Part shown: positions 28,776 through 38,737 of the stretch, piece after piece
How the letters are laid out: every line of letters starts with the position of its first letter
Position numbering within the stretch: the stretch's first letter is position 1
Source of the DNA: Vampirovibrionales bacterium
GTDB lineage: Bacteria > Cyanobacteriota > Vampirovibrionia > Vampirovibrionales > Vampirovibrionaceae
Assembly: GCA_029262635.1 (NCBI GenBank)
Contig: JAJCZA010000005.1
Coordinates: 535,135-599,134 of the forward strand
Length of the DNA: 64,000 nucleotides
Direction: 5' to 3'
Notes under the pieces: generated by a model
What the model was told of the DNA's origin: nothing
Databases searched by the model: none
Seen by the model: the letters and a program-made list of their open reading frames with translations, nothing else
Translations under genes and position numbers: made by a program

Positions 28776-30044
28776 ATGGTTACAAGGGTTTACAACAGCT
28801 ATATGCCCAATATTGTTCGCCCTCAAAAGGAGGCGGAACAAAAGCTGACCCCAGACGCGGGAAATCAAGGGTTCGACACTCGACAGCAGTCTCAAGGACT
28901 AGCGACTGTTGTTGAAGAGGCCCAACATCATAAAATTCATTTGAACACCATTCTCCATGATTTTAAAAGTACCATGGACGCCCTTGGTGCTGACGACACC
29001 ATTCGGGGTGAAGTGGATGCTTACCTTAATGTGGTTTCTCTTCAAGCGGAAAAGACATCTCCTTCGGTTCCCTTTATTCGGCAAACCCTAAAAACTGCCG
29101 CCGATTCACTAGATGGGTTCATTGCTAAAGCCCTTGATCAGCCCTCTCGAGTGGTTCGTGATTGGGTAGAAGCGTTGTTGCTCCAAAAAATTGAATACCG
29201 GGATAGTACTTCTCCGGTTCCCACCCAGTTAAACCGACCCTCTTGGCAAGGTGGTGATTCTGATGCCATTCCAGAAAAAGAAGCCGACTCTCTTTTAAGT
29301 CCACTTTCTCTTGAAGAGAAAAAAACGTTTAAAGCACAGGTTCAACAGGGAAAAACCCTGGTTAGCCAAGGGGATATTCTTGAGGGTGCCATGCCTGTTT
29401 TCCAATCGGCTTTGGAGTACATTCAGGGTAAAGATCAGCCTTTGTTGGAAGGGCAATTGTTGACGCTCATGGGGCGAACCCTGACAAAAGCTAATCAGAA
29501 AGATCAGGCCATAACTTATTTCAAGCAAGCCGAACGCCTGCTTGGTCAAGCCAACCAATGGGAAAGGCAAGCCACCCTCCGCTATAAACTAGGTACCTAT
29601 TATGATGAACGAGGTGAACTTGAGGTTGCCCAACACTATTACGAAGGAGCCTTGTCTTTGAGGAAAGCGAACCAAAGTCATCAAGAAGGGTTTGAAGGTA
29701 TCTTAAACGACTTGGGTGTACTGTACCTTCGACAAGGTGATAGTCAAAAAGCGCTTGTGACACTAAGTGAGGCGACTCATATGGCTTCAGTGCAACAAAC
29801 CACGCAAGTCAGCCCTTTCTTACCGGATATTCACAGTAACTTGGGGGCACTGCATCGGCTGAACCAGGATTATGCCGCTTCGGCGACTGCCTACCGGCAA
29901 TCTCTAAAAATGGCGCAAGCCCTAAAAGATAAAGCCAGCTACACTCGAAGCCTGAATAATCTGATGGAACTCTATCGTGAAAGCGGTCAAACGGAAAAAA
30001 TCCCTTCCCTCCAACAACGTCTTAATAAGCTCCAGAGCCAATAA
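28776..30044 (+). CDS. TPR-like repeat protein (hypothetical)
   Basis: C-terminal half shows TPR-like periodicity (AITYFKQAERLLGQANQWERQA..., AQHYYEGALSLRK...). Confidence 0.55.
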   Translation: MVTRVYNSYMPNIVRPQKEAEQKLTPDAGNQGFDTRQQSQGLATVVEEAQHHKIHLNTILHDFKSTMDALGADDTIRGEVDAYLNVVSLQAEKTSPSVPFIRQTLKTAADSLDGFIAKALDQPSRVVRDWVEALLLQKIEYRDSTSPVPTQLNRPSWQGGDSDAIPEKEADSLLSPLSLEEKKTFKAQVQQGKTLVSQGDILEGAMPVFQSALEYIQGKDQPLLEGQLLTLMGRTLTKANQKDQAITYFKQAERLLGQANQWERQATLRYKLGTYYDERGELEVAQHYYEGALSLRKANQSHQEGFEGILNDLGVLYLRQGDSQKALVTLSEATHMASVQQTTQVSPFLPDIHSNLGALHRLNQDYAASATAYRQSLKMAQALKDKASYTRSLNNLMELYRESGQTEKIPSLQQRLNKLQSQ

Positions 30045-30045
30045 G

Positions 30046-31413
30046 CTAGAACCCTAGCACTGTCAATAGTTCCTGTGTACTGTAAGCATCGTAAATGACT
30101 TTAAAAGGGAGTCCCAGATCTGCTGATAGGGTCTCCAGCGTGTCGCCATCCAAAAACAGGTGAGTGTCCTCTTTCAGCATAATACCGGGAACCACAGCAA
30201 AGTCGTACCCTTTACTTTCCTCGACCTGCCCTGATAGGTCATGGTTGGATAACGTATGACGAATGTCTCGACCGGTTACCAGGCCAGCGACCCCGATAGA
30301 TCTTCCCCAAATCTGGCTTTCGACAGCTAGACACTGAATCGATAACCCTTCAATTTTGTTGAGCCGCTCGACAATGGGTTCTAGTGAGGGTAGGGCCAGT
30401 TTTCCGGTTAAAATGAGAATACGCTTTGGCTTCGGTAATCTCTTTGGTAGAACGGTTGCCCGCTCATCGAAATCATTTAGCAACATTCGAGCGGCCCCGA
30501 CCCCGTCATCGAGTTGGGGGAAATCGCCATAGGTCTGATAATCGGGAAGTGGCAGTCCGGCTTTGTAATAAAACTCATCGGAAATAAAGACAAAATCCTC
30601 AATATCGTCTTCAGAAATTGGGCGGTACTTATCCTTAAACGCTTGAACCCGTTGAACCACCGAGCGGGCTGATGTTTCATCCACAGGCGTTAGGTCTGGC
30701 AGGTGGGAGCGAACCTCTGTCAATCCCACAGGAATAACGGCCACTGACATAGTCTCGGGCGAAAGAGAATGTAGATCTTCCAGTGTCTGGGTTAAGGACT
30801 CACCATCATTAATCCCTGGACATACCACGACCTGACAATGGAACGGCACGCCCAACCCGCTCAACCATCGGAGTTCCTTCATGATGTGTCCGCCAAATTT
30901 AGGGTTTTTGAGCAGACGGACTCGGATTTCGGGTATGGTGGAGTGGACGGAGACATACAACGGTCCTGGGCGTATCTGCTCAATGCGCTGTCGGTCACGC
31001 GGTGTTAAGTTGGTTAAGGTGATGTAAGTGTTGTTGAAATAAGATAGGCGCCAATCGTCGTCCTTTACGTACAGGCTTGGGCGAAGGCCGGGAGGTTGTT
31101 GATCAATAAAGCAGAAAGGACAGGCATTGTTACACGTTTTAATGGGGGTGAACACGGGTGAGGTAAAAACCAGACCAGGATCCTCAAAGGGAGCTTTTTC
31201 CAAGGTAAAAACCTTGATGGATGAAATCTCCTCTAAACTATTGGTGCGTTTGACCGTAAACTCAAGGTATGCTGAGTCAGCGGTCTCAAATTGATAGTCG
31301 AACATATCTTCCAAGTCGTCCCGACCGTTAATAGCCACCACCTGATCCCCCGGTTGCAACCCAATGCGTGCCGCCGGAGAGTCGGAAACAACAGAATGGA
31401 TGAAAATCTCCAT
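30046..31413 (-). CDS. PDZ-domain Fe-S protein of the DUF512 / radical-SAM-like family
   Basis: N-terminal PDZ (GLQPGDQVVAINGR), CxxxCxxC motif TCNNACPFCF, DUF512-like C-terminus. Confidence 0.7.
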   Translation of the reverse strand: MEIFIHSVVSDSPAARIGLQPGDQVVAINGRDDLEDMFDYQFETADSAYLEFTVKRTNSLEEISSIKVFTLEKAPFEDPGLVFTSPVFTPIKTCNNACPFCFIDQQPPGLRPSLYVKDDDWRLSYFNNTYITLTNLTPRDRQRIEQIRPGPLYVSVHSTIPEIRVRLLKNPKFGGHIMKELRWLSGLGVPFHCQVVVCPGINDGESLTQTLEDLHSLSPETMSVAVIPVGLTEVRSHLPDLTPVDETSARSVVQRVQAFKDKYRPISEDDIEDFVFISDEFYYKAGLPLPDYQTYGDFPQLDDGVGAARMLLNDFDERATVLPKRLPKPKRILILTGKLALPSLEPIVERLNKIEGLSIQCLAVESQIWGRSIGVAGLVTGRDIRHTLSNHDLSGQVEESKGYDFAVVPGIMLKEDTHLFLDGDTLETLSADLGLPFKVIYDAYSTQELLTVLGF

Positions 31414-31434
31414 ACCTGCTATAGTAGCTTAACT

Positions 31435-33132
31435 ATGAGTCAATCTCCATCACCGCCTTCAAAACTGTTTATCCGAAGCGAAGTGCTTGCGGTTATTGAA
31501 TACCTCTGCGTTGTTGAAGCACCTTCTAAGCAGGACCGTGCCAAACAAATTCGTCGTCTCAATGATATTCCCGATCGAAAAACCGTGCTGGATATTCTTT
31601 TAAAAGAACTCAAACGCACCACCACTCAATCGACACTTCAGGCTATTACAGAGCTGTGTATGGAATTGGGTACCATTGAACTGCTTCAGGAGCCTTTGTG
31701 GGTTATTATTCAAAACCCCAATACATTGGATGAGAACAAGGATGCGGCTAATTTAATCTTGCGTCATTTGGGCGACGAAACGGATCCTGATCTCTATCTT
31801 GAGTATCTGGAAGATCCTCAGGGCCTAATTAACCGGGAAACCGAGCGTATGCTGGAAGTGGCGGCTCGTAACCCGGAAGCGCTTATCGATTTTATCGATT
31901 TTATTTTTTCTCTTCCGATGGAAGAGCAGGTGAATCTTCTCAGTTCACTTCAGGCTGATTACTCCATGGACCACTTGCTTAATATTTATATTCCCATGTT
32001 TTTGGCCGAACCTCCGTTGGAGGTGAAAGAACTTATTATCAAAAGTTTAGGCACTATTCGCCATATGCAATCGGCTGTTTTTCTTGATGATATTCAGGAT
32101 GAGTACGAAACTGATTCCAATCTCTCCAAGCTGATTAAACATGCTATTAACGAGCTTCGCATTGCCGGCATCTATAAGTCGGAATTGTTAGAGGGCTATC
32201 GAAAGGAGCTGGCTAAACCTCACACCATTCTCGATGACAGTGTCCTTTATCAGTGTTACGTTACCCTGACCGATGGTATTGGTAATCAGGGACTCATTGT
32301 CAGCCGAAAGCAGAACAATGGGGATATTAGCATGATGAGCGTGGCCATTAACGACCTTCATGGACTTATCGACTGTTTTGGTTTCTACCAGCTTAGCCAT
32401 GATGATTTTGAACGTATTTCTGACAAATTCCATGAAGAATCATGCAAAATTGAAGTATCGCCTTCGTATGCCCGTCGAAAACTGGATCAGGCAGAAGCCC
32501 TGTCTCGAAAGAACAAAAACCGTATTCCTTACGAATACACTTGTTGGAAAGTTCTCATTGAAGATTTTCCCAATGAGCCTATCGATACCATGAGTCTTTG
32601 CCGGGATTTGGCTAAGCCTGAGTGGGTGGTTGAATGTGCTAATTTATACCGCCATCCGGATTTTGAGACCTGGTTCCTTGAAGAGGGAGATCATCCGGTG
32701 GTCACGGAAGTTTTGGGCGATATTGTTCAAATTACTCAGCAAGCCATTGCGGATCATTTGCCCGTTGAAGAGTTTATAACCATTATGAATCGGTATGCCT
32801 TGGGCTTAGCCATGGCGCTGATGACCACGGAATGGCGCGATATTATCATTTATCGTTTGGCGGACACGGCCTACCTGCTCAATCGGGAAGAAAGCAAAAC
32901 CTTTTCGGCCTTGGCCGCTACGGAAGTGATGAAACTGGTGTCTTACGAGCCGGAAGATGAAGAAAAAGTTTTGAATATTGGTTTTATTCGCCAATTTGGT
33001 CGCCGATGTATTGAGGAACAATTGCTTCGATTGAAAAGCGAAGTGGGTACAAAAAACCCAACCCCCATTCAGGATATCCGAACGCTGGAAGCGCTGGTGG
33101 ATTATGTGATCACGACATGGGAGCTACAGTGA
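31435..33132 (+). CDS. hypothetical protein (about 565 aa)
   Basis: start moved to ATG 31435 (ORF track 31291 would overlap the divergent gene by about 120 nt); no motif recognised. Confidence 0.55.
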   Translation: MSQSPSPPSKLFIRSEVLAVIEYLCVVEAPSKQDRAKQIRRLNDIPDRKTVLDILLKELKRTTTQSTLQAITELCMELGTIELLQEPLWVIIQNPNTLDENKDAANLILRHLGDETDPDLYLEYLEDPQGLINRETERMLEVAARNPEALIDFIDFIFSLPMEEQVNLLSSLQADYSMDHLLNIYIPMFLAEPPLEVKELIIKSLGTIRHMQSAVFLDDIQDEYETDSNLSKLIKHAINELRIAGIYKSELLEGYRKELAKPHTILDDSVLYQCYVTLTDGIGNQGLIVSRKQNNGDISMMSVAINDLHGLIDCFGFYQLSHDDFERISDKFHEESCKIEVSPSYARRKLDQAEALSRKNKNRIPYEYTCWKVLIEDFPNEPIDTMSLCRDLAKPEWVVECANLYRHPDFETWFLEEGDHPVVTEVLGDIVQITQQAIADHLPVEEFITIMNRYALGLAMALMTTEWRDIIIYRLADTAYLLNREESKTFSALAATEVMKLVSYEPEDEEKVLNIGFIRQFGRRCIEEQLLRLKSEVGTKNPTPIQDIRTLEALVDYVITTWELQ

Positions 33133-33140
33133 GCCGCCCG

Positions 33141-33587
33141 ATGGATGCTCCGAAACAAGGTCGTATATTAGCCATTGATTTAGGTAAAAAACGGGTCGGG
33201 TTAGCGGTTAGTGATCCCTTGGGACATTTTGCTGTCGGATTAGAAACCCTCACTTGCAGCAAAAATACCGATCTACTCACCCAGTTACAGCCCATTTTTG
33301 AAACGTACAACGTCCATACCGTGGTGCTTGGGTTGCCCATGAACATGAACGGAAGCGAAGGCTTTAAAGCGCAAGAGTCCCGTGAGTTTGGCGAAGTGCT
33401 TACGCAAGAAACCGGTCTACCTGTTGAGTTTATTGACGAGCGACTGACCTCGGTTATTGCTCATCAAACGTTGCAAGCTCAGGGAATTAGCTCCAGACAA
33501 TCCCGAAAAAAAGGGCTGGTGGATGAAACGGCCGCTAAGTTGATTCTGCAAAGTTATCTGGACGGGCAGGAAAATAGGCGTCTTTAA
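33141..33587 (+). CDS. ruvX: Holliday-junction resolvase-like YqgF/RuvX
   Basis: GRILAIDLGKKRVGLAVSD RNase-H-like motif; alternative ATG at 33117. Confidence 0.85.
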   Translation: MDAPKQGRILAIDLGKKRVGLAVSDPLGHFAVGLETLTCSKNTDLLTQLQPIFETYNVHTVVLGLPMNMNGSEGFKAQESREFGEVLTQETGLPVEFIDERLTSVIAHQTLQAQGISSRQSRKKGLVDETAAKLILQSYLDGQENRRL

Positions 33588-33593
33588 ACTTCT

Positions 33594-33634
33594 AAAAACC
33601 CGTCTTCTGATTCAGAAGACGGGTTTTTATTTTT
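33594..33634. terminator. bidirectional rho-independent terminator between ruvX(+) and glnA(-)
   Basis: perfect hairpin aaaaacccgtcttctga/ttcagaagacgggttttt flanked by A-run and T-run. Confidence 0.85.
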
Positions 33635-33656
33635 AGTTTGAGAGGTGGGCTTGTTT

Positions 33657-35009
33657 TTAGAAACGCCCCATATAGCGGTTGAGTTCCCAAGGGGTTATGT
33701 TGGTTCTAAAGTCATCCCATTCGTTTTCTTTCACTTTAATAAATTGGGTGAAGATATGTTCACCCAATGCTTCTTTAGCCACTTCACTGGCTTTGAACTC
33801 TTCCATCGCCTCAAACAGATTCCCTGGAAGTGAGGCAATACCCATCTCTTTACGCTGAGCTTTAGAGAGTTGATAGATATTCGTGGTCATGGCGGCTGGC
33901 GATTCCGTCTCATTTTTTACGCCATGCATTCCGGCGGTCAATAATGCCGCAAACGCAAGGTAGGGGTTGGCTGCCGGATCCGGTGAACGAAGTTCCACTC
34001 GGGTGGCGTTGCCCCGCTTGGCCGGGATCCGCAAAAGGGCGCTTCGATTGGCCGCAGACCAGGCCACGTAAACCGGTGCCTCGTAACCGGGAACCAACCG
34101 TTTGTAGCTATTAATCAACGGGTTTAAAATGGCGGTGATGCCTCGAACATTGCTCAGTAAACCACCGATGAAGTGGTGTGAAGTCGCACTTAACTGGTAA
34201 TCGCCCTTTTCATCGAAGAAAGCATTTTTGCCATCCAGATGAGCCAGCGATTGGTTGCAGTGCATCCCGGAACCATTGGCGCCAAAGACGGGCTTGGGGA
34301 TAAACGTGGCGTGGAGGCCATGGTTGGCGGCAATTTTTCGAGTGATGATTTTGGCTGTGGTTACCCGATCCGCCTGAGTTAAGGCATCGGCGTATTTAAA
34401 ATCAATCTCATGCTGGCCTTGAGCAACCTCATGATGATCGGCTTCCATCTCGAAACCAAGGGTTTCAAGGGCTTCCACGATCTCACTTCGCACGATTTCA
34501 CCTTGATCATCCGGGCCTAAATCGTAGTAACCTCCTGTGTCATGAGTCCGGGTAGAAATGGAACCATCCGGGTCTTTCTCAAAGAGGAAAAATTCCAACT
34601 CCGGCCCGACGTTGAAAATAAAGCCCTGTTTTTTGACATCGGCCAACACCCGCTTCAGGTTATTTCGGGGGCATCCGTCAAAAGGAGTGCCATCCGGGTT
34701 ATAAATATCACAAATCACCCGAGCCACGCCTCGGTCACCTTCTTTCCAGGGCATTACCTGAAAAGTGTTTCGGTCCGGGTGAAAAACCATGTCCGAGGTT
34801 TCAATGGTTCGGAAACCCTCAATGGAGGAACCGTCCAGCATATTCTCATTGTTCAGCGCTTTTTCCAGCTGATCCACATGGATATTCATATTTTTAGGCA
34901 AACCATGGATATCCACAAACTGGAGGCGTACCATTTTGACCTGTTCCGTCTTTGCCAGCTTCAAAATTTCGGCGATGGAGGGAGCAGAGGAAACATCGGT
35001 AGTCGGCAT
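33657..35009 (-). CDS. glnA: glutamine synthetase type I (GSI-alpha-like, 450 aa)
   Basis: N-terminal beta-grasp (VRLQFVDIHGLPKN...DGSSIEGF) and catalytic domain closely parallel to B. subtilis-type GlnA; no adenylylation-loop insertion. Confidence 0.9.
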   Translation of the reverse strand: MPTTDVSSAPSIAEILKLAKTEQVKMVRLQFVDIHGLPKNMNIHVDQLEKALNNENMLDGSSIEGFRTIETSDMVFHPDRNTFQVMPWKEGDRGVARVICDIYNPDGTPFDGCPRNNLKRVLADVKKQGFIFNVGPELEFFLFEKDPDGSISTRTHDTGGYYDLGPDDQGEIVRSEIVEALETLGFEMEADHHEVAQGQHEIDFKYADALTQADRVTTAKIITRKIAANHGLHATFIPKPVFGANGSGMHCNQSLAHLDGKNAFFDEKGDYQLSATSHHFIGGLLSNVRGITAILNPLINSYKRLVPGYEAPVYVAWSAANRSALLRIPAKRGNATRVELRSPDPAANPYLAFAALLTAGMHGVKNETESPAAMTTNIYQLSKAQRKEMGIASLPGNLFEAMEEFKASEVAKEALGEHIFTQFIKVKENEWDDFRTNITPWELNRYMGRF

Positions 35010-35171
35010 GAGGTTTTCCTTTCAACATTCAGGGCTAACAAGCAAGTGATGATGCATTCTATTTTATCTGAAAGATGATGGGTTTGATATTTTTTGTGTA
35101 AACCCTCATCCCATTTGTGATAAGTTAACGTTAACGTAAAGGTTAATAAAATTTGAACGCTATTTTACCCT

Positions 35172-35489
35172 ATGGCATTAACTCACATTAATTCAAAAGC
35201 GTTGACTCGGCTTCTGCAAAGCGATGAGCAGGTTTGTCTGTTGGATGTTCGAACGCTGGAAGAGTATCTCCATTTAGGACACCTGGCCGAGAGTCTTTTG
35301 ATTCCTATTCATGAAATACCGGCTCGTGTGGAGGAACTAGACCCGAAGGTTCCAACCGTGGTAATCTGTCAACACGGTGTGCGCAGTGCGCAAGTGGCCT
35401 ATTACCTTGATGAACTTGGGTTTGAAGATGTCCAAAACTTTGAGCCCGGCATGGCAGAATGGACAGGCCCTCTTGAAGGTATTAAATAA
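35172..35489 (+). CDS. rhodanese-domain protein (single domain)
   Basis: CQHGVRS active-site loop. Confidence 0.8.
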   Translation: MALTHINSKALTRLLQSDEQVCLLDVRTLEEYLHLGHLAESLLIPIHEIPARVEELDPKVPTVVICQHGVRSAQVAYYLDELGFEDVQNFEPGMAEWTGPLEGIK

Positions 35490-35506
35490 AAAAGGATAAC
35501 CACTCC

Positions 35507-36598
35507 ATGGTACAAGTTTCAAAAGAAGCAGTTCTTAAAGCCCTATCCACAGTAGATGACCCCGATTTGAAACGTCCTTTGACAGAATTGGGCATGATTG
35601 ATAAGCTGACTATTTGCGAAGGCAACGTGGCATTTGATTTGAAATTGACCACGACCGCTTGTCCGCTCAAGGAAAAGATGCGAGAAGATGCCATGGCGGC
35701 TGTTAAGCAAGTCTCCGGTGTGGAAAACGTGACCGTGAATATTTCCAAGGATACGGTCACCCTTCAGGCTAAAGTGAAAGAGCGGCAAGCCGTTCCGGGG
35801 ATTAAGAATATTATTGCTGTTTCTAGCGGTAAGGGTGGTGTTGGTAAAAGTACCGTTGCTGTTAATTTGGCTTGTTCTATGGTCAAGCAGGGAGCAAACG
35901 TTGGAATCCTTGATGCGGATATCTATGGCCCGAATGTCCCTCTGATGATGGGACTGGGTGGCCGAACCCTGAAGGAAACTAACGCCGACGGCAAGCTTAT
36001 CGCTCCAGAAAACCATGGGGTGAAGGTCATGAGCATGGCTTTTTTAGTGAAAGACGATCAGCCGGTTGTCTGGCGTGGACCGATGCTGGATAAAGTGATC
36101 CGCCAATTTTTAAATGATACCGATTGGGGCGAGCTGGATTATCTGATTATTGATTTACCGCCCGGCACGGGTGACGCTCAGCTTACGATTGTTCAGGCGA
36201 CACCCGTTGTAGGTGCTGTTATTGTGACCACCCCGCAAGATGTGGCCCTGCTGGATAGCCGAAAAGGGTTGGCCATGTTTACCAATGCTAATATTCCGGT
36301 TATCGGCATTGTGGAAAATATGAGCTATCACGTATGCCAGCATTGCAATGAGCGGGATGACATTTTTGGTCATGATGGCGGGCGTTTGGCGGCGGAAAAA
36401 TTGGCCGTTCCCTTCCTGGGAGCTGTGCCCTTAATCTCGAAAGTTCGGGAACAAGCCGACAAAGGTCATCCTGTGGTTCTCTCAGAACCGGATTCGGAAG
36501 TGGCTAAGCAATTAAGCGAGATCTCCCATCGAGTGGTTGCCAAAGTCTGCGAATTGGGCATCGAGTCCCATCAGACACCCGAAGCGCTTCCTGTTTAG
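35507..36598 (+). CDS. apbC: Fe-S cluster carrier ATPase ApbC/Mrp with N-terminal DUF59/MIP18 domain
   Basis: deviant Walker A SGKGGVGKST, CQHC motif, N-terminal DUF59. Confidence 0.9.
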   Translation: MVQVSKEAVLKALSTVDDPDLKRPLTELGMIDKLTICEGNVAFDLKLTTTACPLKEKMREDAMAAVKQVSGVENVTVNISKDTVTLQAKVKERQAVPGIKNIIAVSSGKGGVGKSTVAVNLACSMVKQGANVGILDADIYGPNVPLMMGLGGRTLKETNADGKLIAPENHGVKVMSMAFLVKDDQPVVWRGPMLDKVIRQFLNDTDWGELDYLIIDLPPGTGDAQLTIVQATPVVGAVIVTTPQDVALLDSRKGLAMFTNANIPVIGIVENMSYHVCQHCNERDDIFGHDGGRLAAEKLAVPFLGAVPLISKVREQADKGHPVVLSEPDSEVAKQLSEISHRVVAKVCELGIESHQTPEALPV

Positions 36599-36601
36599 CC
36601 T

Positions 36602-36781
36602 ATGCAAGTTCAGATTGCTGATGGCTGTATTGCTTGCAACGTCTGTGAATCTATTTGTCCTGAGGTGTTTGCGGTTCATGATGTGTGTGAGGCTGATAAC
36701 AGCGCGATACAAGGCCATGAAGCCGCCTGCCGTCAAGCCGCTCAGGAATGCCCGGTTTTCGTCATTCTTATTGAAGAATAA
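36602..36781 (+). CDS. small monocluster ferredoxin (59 aa; below the ORF-track size cutoff)
   Basis: ATG 3 nt after apbC stop; CIACNVCESICP plus distal ...ECP Cys, as in single [3Fe/4Fe-4S] ferredoxins. Confidence 0.6.
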   Translation: MQVQIADGCIACNVCESICPEVFAVHDVCEADNSAIQGHEAACRQAAQECPVFVILIEE

Positions 36782-36801
36782 CACGGTTTGAGGTGTAAAA
36801 A

Positions 36802-37488
36802 ATGACGACGGGTCTTTCGGTTGAAGAAAAAACTATATCAGCTCAGGGAAAGGCTTTTCAGCTATTTCAGGAAGCTAAAAAGCAAAAATTGATTCAGCCG
36901 GGAAAGACAGAAAAACAATTGAGTGATGAGGTTTATCAATTAGCCGATGAACTTTTTGGGGTTAAAAAATATTGGCACAAACGGATTGTTCGTTCAGGTT
37001 TGAATACACTTGAAACGTATTCAGGTAATCCGCCCAATTTAATCATTCAAGATGATGACATTGTGTTCTTTGATTTTGGTCCTATTTTTGATTCTTATGA
37101 AGCGGATCTCGGTCGTACGTATGTGCTGGGTCAGGATTCGAATAAATTAAGACTACAGAAAGACTTGGAATGTATTTTTATAGAAGGAAAACAGTTTTAT
37201 AAAGAAAACCCAGAGCTTAGTGGTCATGATTTCTACGGAAAAATTGTTTCTTTATCCGAGGAGCGTGGGTGGCAATATGGAAATTCTCATTGTGGCCATT
37301 TAATTGGTGAATTTTCCCATGAAAGGCGTTGTGGCGAGTTGCCAGAGAATTATATTTGTACGGATAACTTAAAGTCAATGGATACACTGGATCGACATGG
37401 CGAGTTTCGTCACTGGATTCTAGAAATACATTTGGTTGACCCGACCAATCAATGGGGCGGGTTTTATGAGGATTTATTGACACTCTAA
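36802..37488 (+). CDS. short M24-family (pita-bread fold) metallopeptidase-like protein; AT-rich gene
   Basis: D..x11..D (FFDFGPIFDSYEADLGRT), HLIGEFSHE and ILEIH metal-ligand pattern; about 38% GC versus about 50% flanks; SD GAGGTG. Confidence 0.55.
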   Translation: MTTGLSVEEKTISAQGKAFQLFQEAKKQKLIQPGKTEKQLSDEVYQLADELFGVKKYWHKRIVRSGLNTLETYSGNPPNLIIQDDDIVFFDFGPIFDSYEADLGRTYVLGQDSNKLRLQKDLECIFIEGKQFYKENPELSGHDFYGKIVSLSEERGWQYGNSHCGHLIGEFSHERRCGELPENYICTDNLKSMDTLDRHGEFRHWILEIHLVDPTNQWGGFYEDLLTL

Positions 37489-38690
37489 CCTGAAACCGGT
37501 TCCATAATGAGTTCGTCGCTGTCTAATGGTTTTTCGATTTCTTCGATGTCTTTGGCGTGGAGGGCGTTTTTTAGGCTGGTGTCGCCTTGGTAACTTTTAA
37601 TGAGTTCCGCTTCAAAAAAGGTCAGGGCTTCGACTTCGGTTTCGATTCGGGCGATTTTCTCTTCGCCTTTAAAGACGAAAAATTTTCCTTTACCCCCGGC
37701 AATACCAATATCCGCTCGCTCACATTCGCCGGGGCCGTTGACGAAACAACCCATGACGGCCACATGAAGCGGGCTTTTACCGTAGATGCGATCATACTTA
37801 GCCACCATGGCCTCGACTTGGCGGGTCAGGCCGTGAAGATCAATTTCGCACCGCCCGCAGGCCGGGCAACTGACAATATCCGAGCCGGTTTTTCGCAGGC
37901 CGAGGCTTTTCAAAATCTCATGCCCCGCAAAGACCTCTTCGATGGAATCCGCCGTGAGCGAAATACGGATGGTGTCGCCAATGCCTTCGCTGAGCAGAAT
38001 CCCTAGGGCTACGGAACTTTTAATAATACCCCGTTTCAGCGTTCCGGCTTCGGTCACGCCGAGATGGAGTGGGTAAGGTACCTCACTGGCCAGTCGCTGG
38101 TAAGCGGCCACGGCATCCATGGGGTCGCTGGCTTTAACGGAAATTTTCATTTGGTCAAAGTCTTCTGCTTCCAGCAGGCGCACGTTCAATTGGGCGCTTT
38201 CCACCAGTTGGGTCACCAGATTGTCCGGGTACTTTTCTTTGACGCTTTTTTCAACGGAACCACTATTGACACCGATTCGAATGGGGAGGTCCCGTTCTTT
38301 GGCCTTGGCCACCACCGCCCGGGTAAATTCGGCCCGGCCAATATTTCCGGGATTAATGCGCAGGCCGTGGACGCCATTATCCGCCGCTTGTAGGGCGAGA
38401 CGGTAATCAAAATGAATATCGGCAATTACCGGAATAGGCGAGGCGGGGACAATCTGCTTTAGGGCATCGGCAGCTTCTTTATCCGGAACGGCCACCCGGA
38501 TAATCTCGCACCCGGCGTCCGCCAGCCGCTGAATTTGATACACACTGGTTTTCACATCCCGCGTGTCATTCACTAACATGGATTGAACCGCAATGGGCGC
38601 ATCGCCACCGATTTCGACGGGACCCACATGGATTTTTTTAGAGGCACGTCGTTGGTTTTGTTTTTTATTATTGGTTAGGTCAGTAGTCAT
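37485..38690 (-). CDS. ispG: 4-hydroxy-3-methylbut-2-enyl diphosphate synthase IspG
   Basis: GcpE TIM-barrel N-domain and C-terminal Cys motifs (CPACGRC...GCFVNGPGE); 401 aa. Confidence 0.9.
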   Translation of the reverse strand: MTTDLTNNKKQNQRRASKKIHVGPVEIGGDAPIAVQSMLVNDTRDVKTSVYQIQRLADAGCEIIRVAVPDKEAADALKQIVPASPIPVIADIHFDYRLALQAADNGVHGLRINPGNIGRAEFTRAVVAKAKERDLPIRIGVNSGSVEKSVKEKYPDNLVTQLVESAQLNVRLLEAEDFDQMKISVKASDPMDAVAAYQRLASEVPYPLHLGVTEAGTLKRGIIKSSVALGILLSEGIGDTIRISLTADSIEEVFAGHEILKSLGLRKTGSDIVSCPACGRCEIDLHGLTRQVEAMVAKYDRIYGKSPLHVAVMGCFVNGPGECERADIGIAGGKGKFFVFKGEEKIARIETEVEALTFFEAELIKSYQGDTSLKNALHAKDIEEIEKPLDSDELIMEPVSG

Positions 38691-38737
38691 AATTGAAGTT
38701 TTTATCTGAATTAAAGTAGGTAATTAAAGCAGAAAGA

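Noticed and set aside
35010-35171. GlnR/TnrA (TGTNA-N7-TNACA) or NtcA (GTA-N8-TAC) site upstream of glnA; GTTAACGTTAACG repeat
   Set aside because: No sequence in the divergent region fits either consensus within one mismatch; the GTTAAC duplication is noted but unassigned.
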